The notes under the pieces: generated by a model | Database searches by the model: none | Told to the model about the DNA's origin: nothing | The model's input: only the letters and a program-made list of their open reading frames with translations | Shown here: positions 1 through 10,173 of the stretch, piece after piece | How positions within the stretch are numbered: position 1 is the first letter of the stretch | Layout of the letters: the number at the start of each line of letters is the position of its first letter | Sequence record: LC727698.1 | Strand: one strand, 5' to 3' | DNA: 64,000 bases | Position numbers and translations under genes: made by a program

Positions 1-2964
1 AATATAGTATATTTGCAAGTAAATGATGATCAGCAATTAGTTGTTACTCATCCTATGTATGCAACTGAATGGTCTACAATAGGTGGGCTTAGAGTAACGG
101 GTGATCAATCTAAATTCGATGGATCATTAGAAGTTGGATATGAATTGCTAGTAGGACAAACATCTACCTTTAACAACGACATGGTAGTAAACGGTTTAGT
201 TACAGTAAATAGAGATTCTCTAGATGCAATGCTCATTCACGGGAATGTTACATTACATGGCAACTTAACTGTAGTAGGTAGCAGCTCAGGGACTACACCC
301 GGGCAAGTAACTATTTCCGACAACATTATGGTCGTGAATACAGATGACGTAGGTCCGGGCGTCACTGCAACATATTCTGGTTTTGAAGTCCAGCGTGGAA
401 TTCCCGTAGGCGAAACTAATAGTCACGGTGAACCTGGCCAAGGTAAATTGCCTTCTGCTGGATTAGTTTGGAATGAAGTGCAAAAATCCTGGGATCTTAA
501 TTATAACCCTATTCTTTCTGAAAAATTACCACAAAATCCTAGAATAATTAACTTAGGGCAGCCAGTTGCTGACAACGATGCTTCTACAAAAAAATATGTG
601 AATGATAGCATAACTGCTGCACTTGACGATGATATTTATTTAGATAGACTTACTGATGTAACAATTTCTTCTCCGGCTAATAAAAATATACTACAGTACG
701 ATTCTTCTACATCGCAGTGGAGAAATTTACCATATTCGTTTATACGATTAACGGATGTAACTGGTGTATCTGTCCCGAGAGGATATGTAAGATGGAATGC
801 AGCAGGAACACAGTTAGTATATGAAACCACTATAGATTATGCACAGTTAACTGGATTGTCTGATGTAGCTAAAGCAGGACAAGGGGCTCTAAGTTTTCTT
901 AGTGATGTAACGTTATCATCGTTATCTAATACACAGGCATTATTTTATAATGGAACCTCTTGGGTTAATAGACTAATTAATTACTCCGACATTCAAAATA
1001 CTCCTACTAACAATTCGTATAGTTTTATTGGATTAAATGATACAAATAATACAGTTGTTAATAACGGATATGTAAGATGGAATGCAGCAGGAACACAGTT
1101 AGTATATGAAACCACTATAGATTATGCACAGTTAACTGGATTGTCTGATGTAGCTAAAGCAGGACAAGGATCGTTAGATTATTTAACAGATGTTAGTATA
1201 GGAACTGCTAGCTCTGGTAATGTACTAAGATATAACGGAACTGATTGGGTAAACCAAGTATTATCATATACTGATCTTTCTAATACCCCTACTAACAATT
1301 CGTATAGTTTTATTGGGTTAAATGATACTAATGATACTGCACTTTCGGGTGGTTATTTACGATGGAATCCCACCGGAACACAGATAGTATATCAATCCAC
1401 TATAGATTATGCACAGTTAACTGGGTTATCTTCTGTTGCTAAAGCAGGACAAGGGGCTCTAAGTTTTCTTAGTGATGTAACTATATCGTCACCTGGCGCT
1501 AGTAATACATTGCGATACGATACTACTTCATCTAAATGGGTAAACACTAGACTTGCTTATTCCGATTTAACAGGTCAACCAACCTCTGCTAATTATCAAC
1601 TAGTTGGGTTAAGCGATACTGCAAGCACATCTGTACCATTGGGATATCTTAGATGGAACGCCGCTGGAACTCAAGTAACATATGCTACTACGATAGATAT
1701 ATCAGTTATATCTGGTAAATCTACTGTAGCTTCTGCTGGTTCAGCAACACTATCTAATCTAGAAGATGCTGCTGTTACAACGCCTGCTGCTGGGAATACT
1801 TTAATATGGAATGCGTCTACAAATAAATGGACAAACGGCATATTGGATGTATCTAATATTACTAATGCTGTACCTGTTAGTAGAACAGTATCTGCAGGAA
1901 CTGGTCTATCTGGCGGAGGAAATTTATCTAGTAATATTACGTTGTCGGTTAATAGAACATTAACTGATACATGGTATGCTGCTGCATCACATACACATGA
2001 TGCATCTAATATTACGTCTGGTGTTATTGCGAATGCTAGACTGCCAGTTGGAAGCACAACAGCACAAGGTATTTTACAGTTAACAGATGGTGTTGCTAGC
2101 ACATCTACAACTACTGCCGCTACACCTAATTCGGTAAAAACTGCATATGACTTAGCAACGACAAAAGCTAATATATCACATACTCATGATGCATCTAATA
2201 TTACTACTGGTACTATTGCTGTAGCCAGACTTCCGGTTTCGTCTACTACTGCACAAGGTATAGTTCAGCTTACTGACGGTGTTGCCAGCACATCTACAAC
2301 TACTGCTGCTACGCCTAATTCAGTGAAAACTGCATATGATTTAGCAACGACAAAAGCTAATGCTTCTCACACCCATGATGCATCTAATATTACGTCTGGT
2401 GTTATTGCGAATGCTAGATTACCGTTTGCCTCGACTACTGTATATGGTATAGTAACTCTGTTAGATTCAGTTGCCAGTACGTCTATATCTACTGCTGCTA
2501 CACCTAATTCGGTAAAAACTGCATATGACTTAGCAACGACAAAAGCTAATATATCACATACACATACTCCTGCTCAAGTAGGTTTATCGAATATTTCTAA
2601 TAACGGAAATACTATAACGGGAAATACAACTATATCTGGTGCATTGTCGGTAACAGGAAATGCTGTTTTTAATACATCTGATATAAAATTAAAAGATAAT
2701 ATACAGCCTATTAAAAATCCAGTAGAACTTCTTAGCAAAATTTCAGGATATACCTATACTAGAAATGATTGTAATAACGAAAAACAAACCGGTATTATTG
2801 CGCAGGAAGTTGAAACGATACAACCTGAAAGTGTAAGAGAAGTAGACGGTATAAAAACTGTAAACCATAATGGAATAATTGCACTGTTAGTTAGTGCAGT
2901 TAATGAACTTTCTAAAGAAATAGAAGAATTAAAACAACAACTTTCTTACAAAAAAAGGGACTAA
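1..2964 (+). CDS. Tail fibre protein with internal repeats and C-terminal intramolecular chaperone (Peptidase S74-like); 5' end lies outside the window
   Basis: Frame is open from base 1. Four ~95-aa repeats, three 63-aa tail-fibre repeats (TAQGIVQLTDGVASTSTTTAATPNSVKTAYDLA), and a C-terminal SDIKLKDNI...GIIAQEV...coiled-coil chaperone motif. Confidence 0.88.
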   Translation, partial: NIVYLQVNDDQQLVVTHPMYATEWSTIGGLRVTGDQSKFDGSLEVGYELLVGQTSTFNNDMVVNGLVTVNRDSLDAMLIHGNVTLHGNLTVVGSSSGTTPGQVTISDNIMVVNTDDVGPGVTATYSGFEVQRGIPVGETNSHGEPGQGKLPSAGLVWNEVQKSWDLNYNPILSEKLPQNPRIINLGQPVADNDASTKKYVNDSITAALDDDIYLDRLTDVTISSPANKNILQYDSSTSQWRNLPYSFIRLTDVTGVSVPRGYVRWNAAGTQLVYETTIDYAQLTGLSDVAKAGQGALSFLSDVTLSSLSNTQALFYNGTSWVNRLINYSDIQNTPTNNSYSFIGLNDTNNTVVNNGYVRWNAAGTQLVYETTIDYAQLTGLSDVAKAGQGSLDYLTDVSIGTASSGNVLRYNGTDWVNQVLSYTDLSNTPTNNSYSFIGLNDTNDTALSGGYLRWNPTGTQIVYQSTIDYAQLTGLSSVAKAGQGALSFLSDVTISSPGASNTLRYDTTSSKWVNTRLAYSDLTGQPTSANYQLVGLSDTASTSVPLGYLRWNAAGTQVTYATTIDISVISGKSTVASAGSATLSNLEDAAVTTPAAGNTLIWNASTNKWTNGILDVSNITNAVPVSRTVSAGTGLSGGGNLSSNITLSVNRTLTDTWYAAASHTHDASNITSGVIANARLPVGSTTAQGILQLTDGVASTSTTTAATPNSVKTAYDLATTKANISHTHDASNITTGTIAVARLPVSSTTAQGIVQLTDGVASTSTTTAATPNSVKTAYDLATTKANASHTHDASNITSGVIANARLPFASTTVYGIVTLLDSVASTSISTAATPNSVKTAYDLATTKANISHTHTPAQVGLSNISNNGNTITGNTTISGALSVTGNAVFNTSDIKLKDNIQPIKNPVELLSKISGYTYTRNDCNNEKQTGIIAQEVETIQPESVREVDGIKTVNHNGIIALLVSAVNELSKEIEELKQQLSYKKRD
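781..1740 (+). repeat. In-frame ~285-bp tandem repeat, 4 units
   Basis: GY(V/L)RWN motif starts at 781, 1066, 1351 and 1642; 781-884 and 1066-1169 are identical. Confidence 0.9.
1990..2565 (+). repeat. In-frame 189-bp tandem repeat, 3 units (phage tail-fibre repeat)
   Basis: GATGCATCTAAT recurs at 1999, 2188 and 2377 (period 189 nt = 63 aa). Confidence 0.9.
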
Positions 2965-2980
2965 CCTAAGTCCCTTTTTT
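2950..2980. terminator. Bidirectional intrinsic terminator between convergent genes
   Basis: AAAAAAAGGGAC-TAACCTAA-GTCCCTTTTTT; both convergent stop codons lie at the loop. Confidence 0.85.
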
Positions 2981-3569
2981 CTGAAATTCCTAATAGCATT
3001 AAGCTAAAATCATTTAAGCAGTATTCTAGTTTATCTCTTATTTTATTTAATTCTTTTATATTTTTATTAAAATATTTGTAATCTTTATTATATTTTGATT
3101 TAAAAACACATATTTTATTTAAATCGCAGTTTATATCTGAAATTACAGATAATAAAAAATATTCTGTATAGAATGTGGATATAATCCACGATGTTTTTAG
3201 AGTAACTAAATCAGACAACAATGCTGCCTGTAACTCTTGATGTATACTATAAACGGGATTTATATTCTTTTTATAATTAGCAAGTATGGCAGGGTATTTA
3301 TATTTAGATGTTTCTGTTTCTAGCGTGTTATATAATGTACATAATTCTGAATCGAATTTTATAGTTTCGTTATAATAATTTAACGCAATTTTAGTTGCTA
3401 TATCTAATTCTAATTTTTTATATAATTCTTTTGTGCAAAGATTTTTTATATTAGAATTAATACCTTTATTATTATATAATTCTTTGTTTATTATACCGGT
3501 TTTATTATATATGTTTAAATATTTTTTATATTTAAATTCAATTAAATTAGTTACTTCATTGTGTACCAT
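2961..3569 (-). CDS. Hypothetical protein (202 aa)
   Basis: Long ORF starting 2 nt after the Nudix stop; no motif recognised. Confidence 0.7.
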   Translation of the reverse strand: MVHNEVTNLIEFKYKKYLNIYNKTGIINKELYNNKGINSNIKNLCTKELYKKLELDIATKIALNYYNETIKFDSELCTLYNTLETETSKYKYPAILANYKKNINPVYSIHQELQAALLSDLVTLKTSWIISTFYTEYFLLSVISDINCDLNKICVFKSKYNKDYKYFNKNIKELNKIRDKLEYCLNDFSLMLLGISEKRDLG

Positions 3570-3571
3570 TT

Positions 3572-4063
3572 TTATACTTCTTTATGGTTTGACAATATTA
3601 ATTTAAGTTTATCGATACTTTTAGCAGATTTAAAACTTTGCTTTGCACCATAGTGCATAGGATTCGGCCAAGTACCCAATGAAACCCAAGCATATCCTGA
3701 CGATTCCGAATTAAGTATAGGAATGAATTCGTCTTCTACAACACAAACAAAACTGTAATATCTAAAATTTTTATCTTTACTTTCGTAAATATCAAACGGA
3801 TAAATTTTATCTATATTGGGTACAAAACCCATTTCTTCTTGAAGTTCTCTTAGAAGTCCATCCTTCGGTAATTCGTTATTTTCTAACATACCTCCCCATA
3901 AACTCCATGTAAGACTATATGTCTTGTGCTCTGCACGCAAATTATATAGAATTCTATTAGTTTTGCATGAAATAAAAAGAGTCCCCACAGCTATCTTTTT
4001 AGCTAATTGAGCAGATGTTATCGACGCGCCAATATCCTGCTTTATAATCCCCTGCGTATCCAT
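3572..4063 (-). CDS. Nudix hydrolase (start uncertain: ATG 4063 or GTG 3988)
   Basis: Nudix box GGMLENNELPKDGLLRELQEEMG (GX5EX7REUXEEXG). Confidence 0.88.
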   Translation of the reverse strand: MDTQGIIKQDIGASITSAQLAKKIAVGTLFISCKTNRILYNLRAEHKTYSLTWSLWGGMLENNELPKDGLLRELQEEMGFVPNIDKIYPFDIYESKDKNFRYYSFVCVVEDEFIPILNSESSGYAWVSLGTWPNPMHYGAKQSFKSAKSIDKLKLILSNHKEV

Positions 4064-5369
4064 ATTGCCATTCTCTATCTTTAAATTTGTATAATTCTTT
4101 ATCGTATAAATTTCTAACATACACAGGACTATTATTTGTTACTCTTGCATTAAATGTAACTACCCATTGTGTTCCTGTATATTCTATTATATCAGAATCG
4201 TATGCAACAAAACTATTACCCCATGGGTATGAATTTTTTATTGCAGGTTCTTCTCCTTTAGTTAACGAATTTAGTACCATGTATCTTTGGCCTATTTGTG
4301 CTTCTGGTAATTTATTTCCAGGAAACATTTTAGATGGATCTATAATTCTATTTATAGGCGGAATAGTAGCAGAAGGCAAAGTTTCGTCTATTGGGGTAAA
4401 TGTAGTTGTATTTGTAGACGAAGGTTCTATATATCCTATTATTTCTATATCGGGATTATCTATATTTCCCTGAATGAGTTTAACTGTAGTAACATTTTGT
4501 TCAACTGAACCGTATATATTAAGTAATTTGTCCCACGAATCGGATGATACATCTCCGTATGTATTAAGTAATGTTAGTTTGTTATCAATTACTCTTAGAC
4601 CATAGTTTCCGGGTGTCACACATAACTGTTCTTTAACTGTACCGGGAGTTACATTAAAGAAATCGGTCGTACTTTTTATATCAGAAAAACTATCTGTATA
4701 AATGTTACTTATGATTGTATTGATTATCTTTTGTTTTTTAACTTTAGCTGGTGGATTTATATATACAATCATTTGAAATATAAGAGACGATATATCGTAG
4801 TCAGTAGATGTCCCTACAGGTATAGTCCTGTTAGACCATTGTGTTTCTTTTAATTCTAATTCAAATATTCTAGACCAATCTAAGGGGTTTTGATTTTGTT
4901 CTAGCTGTATACTAGGGTTAAATAATACTAATATTTGTTCTAAAATTTGTAATTTATTATCTGTATTAGAAGTCAATATATCTAATCGTGTTGTTAGTTT
5001 ATAAGGCACAGGCATATATGCTTCAACTGTGTATCTATTTCCGGGTTTGTTAATATAACTACCATTTGCATCTGTAGCTAATTCCGTAACATTAGATACT
5101 TTTACCCCTTGTGTATCAACCCGATAATCTGGTGCCAAATCTAAACCAGTGATATAACCTGCCATAATAGGCACAGGTATTACTGTATTTTGATTATTTC
5201 CGTTAATAATAGATGCAACTTGTCTAGACATATCTCCGTATATAACTGGGACTCTTTTTTGAATAGATACGCCGTTATCGTCAGGTGCAGTTCTTATGTT
5301 TATATCTGAAAAAACTCGTAGAAACTGTAAAAGATATCGTCTTAACTGCTCGTCGTAAAAATAGTTCAT
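3999..5369 (-). CDS. gp15: Tail completion / sheath stabiliser, T4 gp15-like, with C-terminal extension
   Basis: N-terminus MNYFYDEQLRRYLLQFLRVFSDINIR...RVPVIYG resembles the T4 gp15 N-terminus (YFYNSSFRRY...FSNIQIKR...RVPITY). Confidence 0.75.
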   Translation of the reverse strand: MNYFYDEQLRRYLLQFLRVFSDINIRTAPDDNGVSIQKRVPVIYGDMSRQVASIINGNNQNTVIPVPIMAGYITGLDLAPDYRVDTQGVKVSNVTELATDANGSYINKPGNRYTVEAYMPVPYKLTTRLDILTSNTDNKLQILEQILVLFNPSIQLEQNQNPLDWSRIFELELKETQWSNRTIPVGTSTDYDISSLIFQMIVYINPPAKVKKQKIINTIISNIYTDSFSDIKSTTDFFNVTPGTVKEQLCVTPGNYGLRVIDNKLTLLNTYGDVSSDSWDKLLNIYGSVEQNVTTVKLIQGNIDNPDIEIIGYIEPSSTNTTTFTPIDETLPSATIPPINRIIDPSKMFPGNKLPEAQIGQRYMVLNSLTKGEEPAIKNSYPWGNSFVAYDSDIIEYTGTQWVVTFNARVTNNSPVYVRNLYDKELYKFKDREWQYGYAGDYKAGYWRVDNICSIS

Positions 5370-6460
5370 TATTTTTTACCGTATATTTCGTTGAGTTTAT
5401 CTTCGTTTAGATTTACTCTGGCTTTTACTGCTTTAGATAGTGCTTGTTTTTCTGGTGCTGTAGTACAATCATTATTTGTAACAATGTTTGTGTTATCAAT
5501 GAATGTATCTAATAGCATATTTACAGGAGTCCATTTTCTCCTAGCATCATCTTCTATTTTTATATAGCGATTTCCTACTTTTCTAAATAATCTGTCTGGC
5601 TTGAAGTCTGTTCTTAAAAAGAATTCTCCCTCTTGCATATCATCTGGAAATTCTGTACCAGACCCTTTTAGTTTGTATGCATTTGGCGGCACACCAGTTC
5701 CAGTCCATAGTAATAATTCGAACGAACCGTTTTCTTTTTCTGCCATCCAGAGATGTGCAGCATCTGACCATGTAGGATCGAACATAACATTTTTTCTTGC
5801 TTCTTCTATTATACCGTCTGTTATGTCCTGATATTTGTCGTCGTTTGTTATGGGGCATTTATTATCATCATAACATCCGGCAGGACCTATTTCTTCTCCG
5901 TTGGGACCTATTGCTGTTCCGTCGGTTCCTATAATATCTTCGTATTCTTGACCGCCTTTTAGTTGTTGAGCTTTTACTCTCCATAAATGAGACCACCAGC
6001 CCGGACCATATCCTTCTGCAGAATGAGTAGCATCTTGAATTACATAATATCTATTTAATATAGGATCGTTAATATCTAGTGTATCGGGATCTCTTAAATG
6101 CGGTAATTCTAATACATCACCGGACATTAATTTTCTACCTATTTGATTTAGCATAGAATTATAATGAAATGTTATGAAAATGGTATCGTTTGTTAAAAAT
6201 ATACCGAACTGTGATAAATCGAATTCAGAATTTTGCGGCTGATAACACCCCCTTAAGTCAAACAAACTACTATCATATTTTCTATTTCTATTTTCTAAAA
6301 ATAAAATATCTTCTATTGTAGTTTCGTCGCCTTTACCTGTCCCTACATATTTGTGAACTATAATTCCAGTACCGCCCATTTCGACAAAATCTTTTACAGT
6401 TCTGTCTACGAAACTATAGTCTTTTCCTTTGTTAGGATTCCAAAGTGATAACCGTGCCAT
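5369..6460 (-). CDS. gp14: Neck protein, T4 gp14-like
   Basis: FDLSQFGIFLTNDTIFITFH...GDVLELP resembles the gp14 core; adjacent to the gp15-like gene; SD AGGAG and upstream GATAAATA. Confidence 0.65.
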   Translation of the reverse strand: MARLSLWNPNKGKDYSFVDRTVKDFVEMGGTGIIVHKYVGTGKGDETTIEDILFLENRNRKYDSSLFDLRGCYQPQNSEFDLSQFGIFLTNDTIFITFHYNSMLNQIGRKLMSGDVLELPHLRDPDTLDINDPILNRYYVIQDATHSAEGYGPGWWSHLWRVKAQQLKGGQEYEDIIGTDGTAIGPNGEEIGPAGCYDDNKCPITNDDKYQDITDGIIEEARKNVMFDPTWSDAAHLWMAEKENGSFELLLWTGTGVPPNAYKLKGSGTEFPDDMQEGEFFLRTDFKPDRLFRKVGNRYIKIEDDARRKWTPVNMLLDTFIDNTNIVTNNDCTTAPEKQALSKAVKARVNLNEDKLNEIYGKK

Positions 6461-6479
6461 ATAAACTCCTAGTTATAGG

Positions 6480-6487
6480 TATTTATC
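6480..6487 (-). promoter_or_regulatory. Putative late promoter GATAAATA
   Basis: T4 late-like (TATAAATA) octamer about 20 nt upstream of the gp14-like start. Confidence 0.55.
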
Positions 6488-6514
6488 TGATAAAATAAAC
6501 AAAAATATCTCAAT

Positions 6515-6543
6515 AAAAAAGCAACCTTAGGTTGCTTTTTTTT
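6515..6543. terminator. Intrinsic terminator; the 3-nt loop is the stop codon of the minus-strand gene
   Basis: AAAAAAGCAACC-TTA-GGTTGCTTTTTTTT. Confidence 0.8.
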
Positions 6544-7024
6544 CTCTTTGCTTTTTTCTTAAATCGTTGTATTTTTTTTCATAATTAACCGATAGTTCGG
6601 GGAATTCTATTTTTAATAAATCTTGTGCTTTTTTTATTTTAGAAAAATCTATTTTTTCTGGTAAGTCTCGTAAAATATCTTTATCTTTTTCTATAATAGA
6701 TAATATATCGGGGTTAGTTATGTACTTAACTGCTTCTCTGTCGAGGGAAGCCAAAACCATATTTCTTTCAGTTCTTATATTTTTTAATGTTTTATTTGCA
6801 GCAGAATCTAAATCTATTACTACTTTAGTTGGATTTTGTATTTTATCAAATTTTAATGAATCGAAAAATTGTTGTTCTAAAGTGTCGGGAAGTTTATCGT
6901 ATATAACATATTGGGTATTTTCGTTAAATATACCTAGCGTATATAATTCTTCTGTAGATTTGTCTGTTATTAATTTAGCAACCCTTGTTTCGTCGATAGG
7001 GTTTGTATAAAAGATGGTTTTCAT
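6527..7024 (-). CDS. Probable tail fibre assembly chaperone
   Basis: IRTERNMVLASLD...DILRDLP motif typical of tail-assembly chaperones; lies directly downstream of three fibre genes. Confidence 0.6.
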   Translation of the reverse strand: MKTIFYTNPIDETRVAKLITDKSTEELYTLGIFNENTQYVIYDKLPDTLEQQFFDSLKFDKIQNPTKVVIDLDSAANKTLKNIRTERNMVLASLDREAVKYITNPDILSIIEKDKDILRDLPEKIDFSKIKKAQDLLKIEFPELSVNYEKKYNDLRKKQREKKAT

Positions 7025-7037
7025 GTGTATCTATCCT

Positions 7038-8573
7038 TTAGTAGTATATTACAAGTGAGAAGAACGGTGCATCGAAATAATCTTCGCCGAATCTGTTAGT
7101 CCAACCCGATGGATTGTAATTTATTATGTGATCTGCTTTTGTTATTTTACAGTTAACATCAAAATATGTGGTAGTTTTTGTTGTTACCCATTGTTCAGTT
7201 ATATTTAGTTGATTATTCCATACCATTGCATCAGCGTTTCCTAATACAACTACATAATTTGTATCTGGCGCAGGCACAGATAGATATACTCTATAGCGAC
7301 CCGATGCTAATTTACTAACTGTTAAATTCCAGGAATCTAGTCTACTGCCAGTAGGACCGGACCAAGATATCCATCCTTTTGATTTTTTTATTAAAGTGTT
7401 ATATCCGGCCCATTCATTTAATGCTTGCGCCGGAGTAAATCTCATAGTATTGTTTGAATTACTTCTTACAAAACCTATTTTGCTATTTCTAGTAAATTGA
7501 TCACTAGTATTGTTGCCCGTAGATCTTAACAATCTACCAGTGATGGCACCCGAGGAATCTCGCTCTACTACAGTGCCCGGAGTAGCAAGTGTAGAGTTTA
7601 TTCTACCGTCTAATGCAGCAGAATCTGATGCTTTACCGTTAACAGGAAGAGCCCCTATTTGTGCAGGCGTCGGTCTATATCCCAAATGAAATACTTGATT
7701 ATTGCCAATGTATAGTTGATTTGGAGATAATCTATATTGTAATGCCAGAACAGGAGCTGTATTAAGTGAGCCTCTATTATACAGTTTAATAAAAACAGAT
7801 GACGTACTAAGAGTAGTATTATTTAATTCTAATATAGTAGCTGATGAATTGTTAGTAGCTATTGTATTATTAATAGATAGACCGTTAGAAATACCCCTAG
7901 ATTCTAAGTATGATTTTCCTGATCTAAACGACATTAATCCGTCAGATGGTGTTACATTAATGGCTGCATTTGCTACAGGAGCAGCAACCTTCATAAATTT
8001 TGCAGCAGGTATTCCGTTTAAATTATTCGAGTTTGCTGCTTTATCTGTTTTCTTTAGAAATAAAGCATCTGCTTCTGCTTTAGTGTAAGTAACATCCTTA
8101 CCGAAAACACCTAAATTTGTTCTAGCAGAACTTGCGTTTAATACGTCTGCAAAATTTTTAGATTTATCGAATATAGGGTAATTTTCTAATTTATCTAGTT
8201 TTACTGAATATTTGTCTACTAAGTGAGGGTTATTATAGTTAGTAATATGAGCCCATACTGCATCTTCTTCGAATTTAGTAATAGGAACCCAGTTATTTAT
8301 ATTTGTACTATCTAATCCATTTGGTCCAGGGAATATGTACATTTGCCTTGTATTTTCTTTCCACCATAACTGCCCTGTTACGGCAGATACCGGCGGAAGA
8401 TGATATGAGAAATTATTTAGTATATTAATTAAATTCTCACCAACATCTTGTACATATGATTTTACATAAGTTCCTGTGAATACTAATGAAGTTTCTGTAT
8501 TTTTTTTTAAATCTTTGACTAAATATCCGCCGTCGATTAATCTATATCGATAATGTTTTACTCTGTAATTCAT
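7038..8573 (-). CDS. Tail fibre / receptor-binding protein, paralogue 1 (511 aa)
   Basis: Shares NFS...P...GQLWW, NPH.V, NFADVLNAS.AR.NL and LDG..NST modules with the two neighbouring genes. Confidence 0.75.
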   Translation of the reverse strand: MNYRVKHYRYRLIDGGYLVKDLKKNTETSLVFTGTYVKSYVQDVGENLINILNNFSYHLPPVSAVTGQLWWKENTRQMYIFPGPNGLDSTNINNWVPITKFEEDAVWAHITNYNNPHLVDKYSVKLDKLENYPIFDKSKNFADVLNASSARTNLGVFGKDVTYTKAEADALFLKKTDKAANSNNLNGIPAAKFMKVAAPVANAAINVTPSDGLMSFRSGKSYLESRGISNGLSINNTIATNNSSATILELNNTTLSTSSVFIKLYNRGSLNTAPVLALQYRLSPNQLYIGNNQVFHLGYRPTPAQIGALPVNGKASDSAALDGRINSTLATPGTVVERDSSGAITGRLLRSTGNNTSDQFTRNSKIGFVRSNSNNTMRFTPAQALNEWAGYNTLIKKSKGWISWSGPTGSRLDSWNLTVSKLASGRYRVYLSVPAPDTNYVVVLGNADAMVWNNQLNITEQWVTTKTTTYFDVNCKITKADHIINYNPSGWTNRFGEDYFDAPFFSLVIYY

Positions 8574-8574
8574 A

Positions 8575-10173
8575 TTAGAAGAACCATGTAAATGTTATGT
8601 TGTTAGCGTCTGCATATACATTAGTAAACGAATCTAAAGAATAGTTATTATAATTAATATTGTATGTTCTGAAGAATTCTAAATCTGTATAAGTAGTGCT
8701 TCTTAAATATACCAATGATGAATTGTAGCTAAGTCTCCCAGTGCCAGCAGCCATACCAGTAGATATTTGACCGTCACTAGTAACTCCTACAAACGGAACA
8801 ACAGAACCCACAGCAGGCGTAGAAAATGAATTGTAATATATTCTATATTTCCCTGTACCTAGTTTAGTTAGTGTACAGTTATGTGACTTATAAGTAGAAC
8901 CTGTTATTCCGTTAAATTGTATCCAAGCTTTAACTACACCTTTCGGTTCGTTAGCCCTAAACCACGACTGGAATGAAGAGACATTTGCTCGTCTAACATA
9001 GTTATCGCTTGTATTTGAATTTCTAAATAGAATTAAATTTCCTGTTTCTATATTTTCGTCTGGATTAGAAACTTGAATGTGTCTAGCATGTACATCTCCT
9101 GCACCATCTCTTAATACAACTGCATTGTCGTTTGGACTGCTAGATTGATAAATGCCATTTAATAATAGTGTATTGACAGCCTTTCCATTTAGTGGAAGTG
9201 AACCGACAGCAGCGTTAGACGGTATTCTTCCTGTATGATACATTTCACTAGGGTTAGTATCGTAGTCTATTATTAAATTAGTTTTTGTAAATCTATATGA
9301 TTTTACCGGTTGTGCTGTTTGATTGTTTGCAGTAGCACGATTAAATAAAACCATAGTAACTATAGGATCACTATTATCGTTAATAAACGATAACATAGCA
9401 CCAGTATCGTTTGCAGATGCAATTCTTCCGTCTGACCTTATTCCAGACAACAAATCTATATTTCCTGCACCTGTGTTAACTACTATAGAACCTTTAGAGT
9501 TATTATACGTTAACGCAGTATTAGTGATTATACTGGTTGTATCAAATGTTCTATAAACAACAGGGTTGTCTACAAGGACAAAATCAGCACTAGTTAAGCC
9601 ATCTAATCTGTCAGTATTATTTACTGTACCACCTTTTGTCATAAAAAGATTGTTTACAGTAGTTTTATTGTAAGTTTCTGAAGTCCCGTATACTTCTAAA
9701 TTAGATCTGCATATAGATGCATCTAATACATCTGCAAGATTTAATGTTTTATTGAATGTGTAAACATTAGGAACATTTCCCAATCCCACTTGTTCTTTTG
9801 TTGTCTCGTGGGGATCGTTAATGCCTGTTCTTGATTCGTGATCTGTTAGTTCATTTAAAATAGTAGATCCTAGATTTTTCCAATCGGAAGAAACAGACGT
9901 AGGTTTATCATTACTTATGTAAACTTTAACACTTTTTTCATCTGGATTAAACCATAATTGACCTTCTATCGGATTTAACGGAGCAATAGTGTGACTAAAA
10001 TTTTCCATCTTCCATAGCATATTCTGGAAGAACTGACTTTTGTAAGATTCATTATACGATCCTATTAGTCCAATAGAAGAGTACGTATTGTCTATTTGTA
10101 TATCGTTAACGGTTTTATTTGGTTTAGAAGAGCCGCCGTTGACAGATGAATAACGTTTAATAGTGTAAGGCAT
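8575..10173 (-). CDS. Tail fibre / receptor-binding protein, paralogue 2 (532 aa)
   Basis: ENFSHTIAPLNPIEGQLWF and DPHETTKEQVGLGNV fibre motifs; C-terminal beta domain. Confidence 0.75.
   Translation of the reverse strand: MPYTIKRYSSVNGGSSKPNKTVNDIQIDNTYSSIGLIGSYNESYKSQFFQNMLWKMENFSHTIAPLNPIEGQLWFNPDEKSVKVYISNDKPTSVSSDWKNLGSTILNELTDHESRTGINDPHETTKEQVGLGNVPNVYTFNKTLNLADVLDASICRSNLEVYGTSETYNKTTVNNLFMTKGGTVNNTDRLDGLTSADFVLVDNPVVYRTFDTTSIITNTALTYNNSKGSIVVNTGAGNIDLLSGIRSDGRIASANDTGAMLSFINDNSDPIVTMVLFNRATANNQTAQPVKSYRFTKTNLIIDYDTNPSEMYHTGRIPSNAAVGSLPLNGKAVNTLLLNGIYQSSSPNDNAVVLRDGAGDVHARHIQVSNPDENIETGNLILFRNSNTSDNYVRRANVSSFQSWFRANEPKGVVKAWIQFNGITGSTYKSHNCTLTKLGTGKYRIYYNSFSTPAVGSVVPFVGVTSDGQISTGMAAGTGRLSYNSSLVYLRSTTYTDLEFFRTYNINYNNYSLDSFTNVYADANNITFTWFF

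Noticed and set aside
781-2565. CRISPR array or mini-array
   Set aside because: Repeats are long, in frame and coding, with no unique spacers; no 25-45-bp regularly spaced repeats seen elsewhere.
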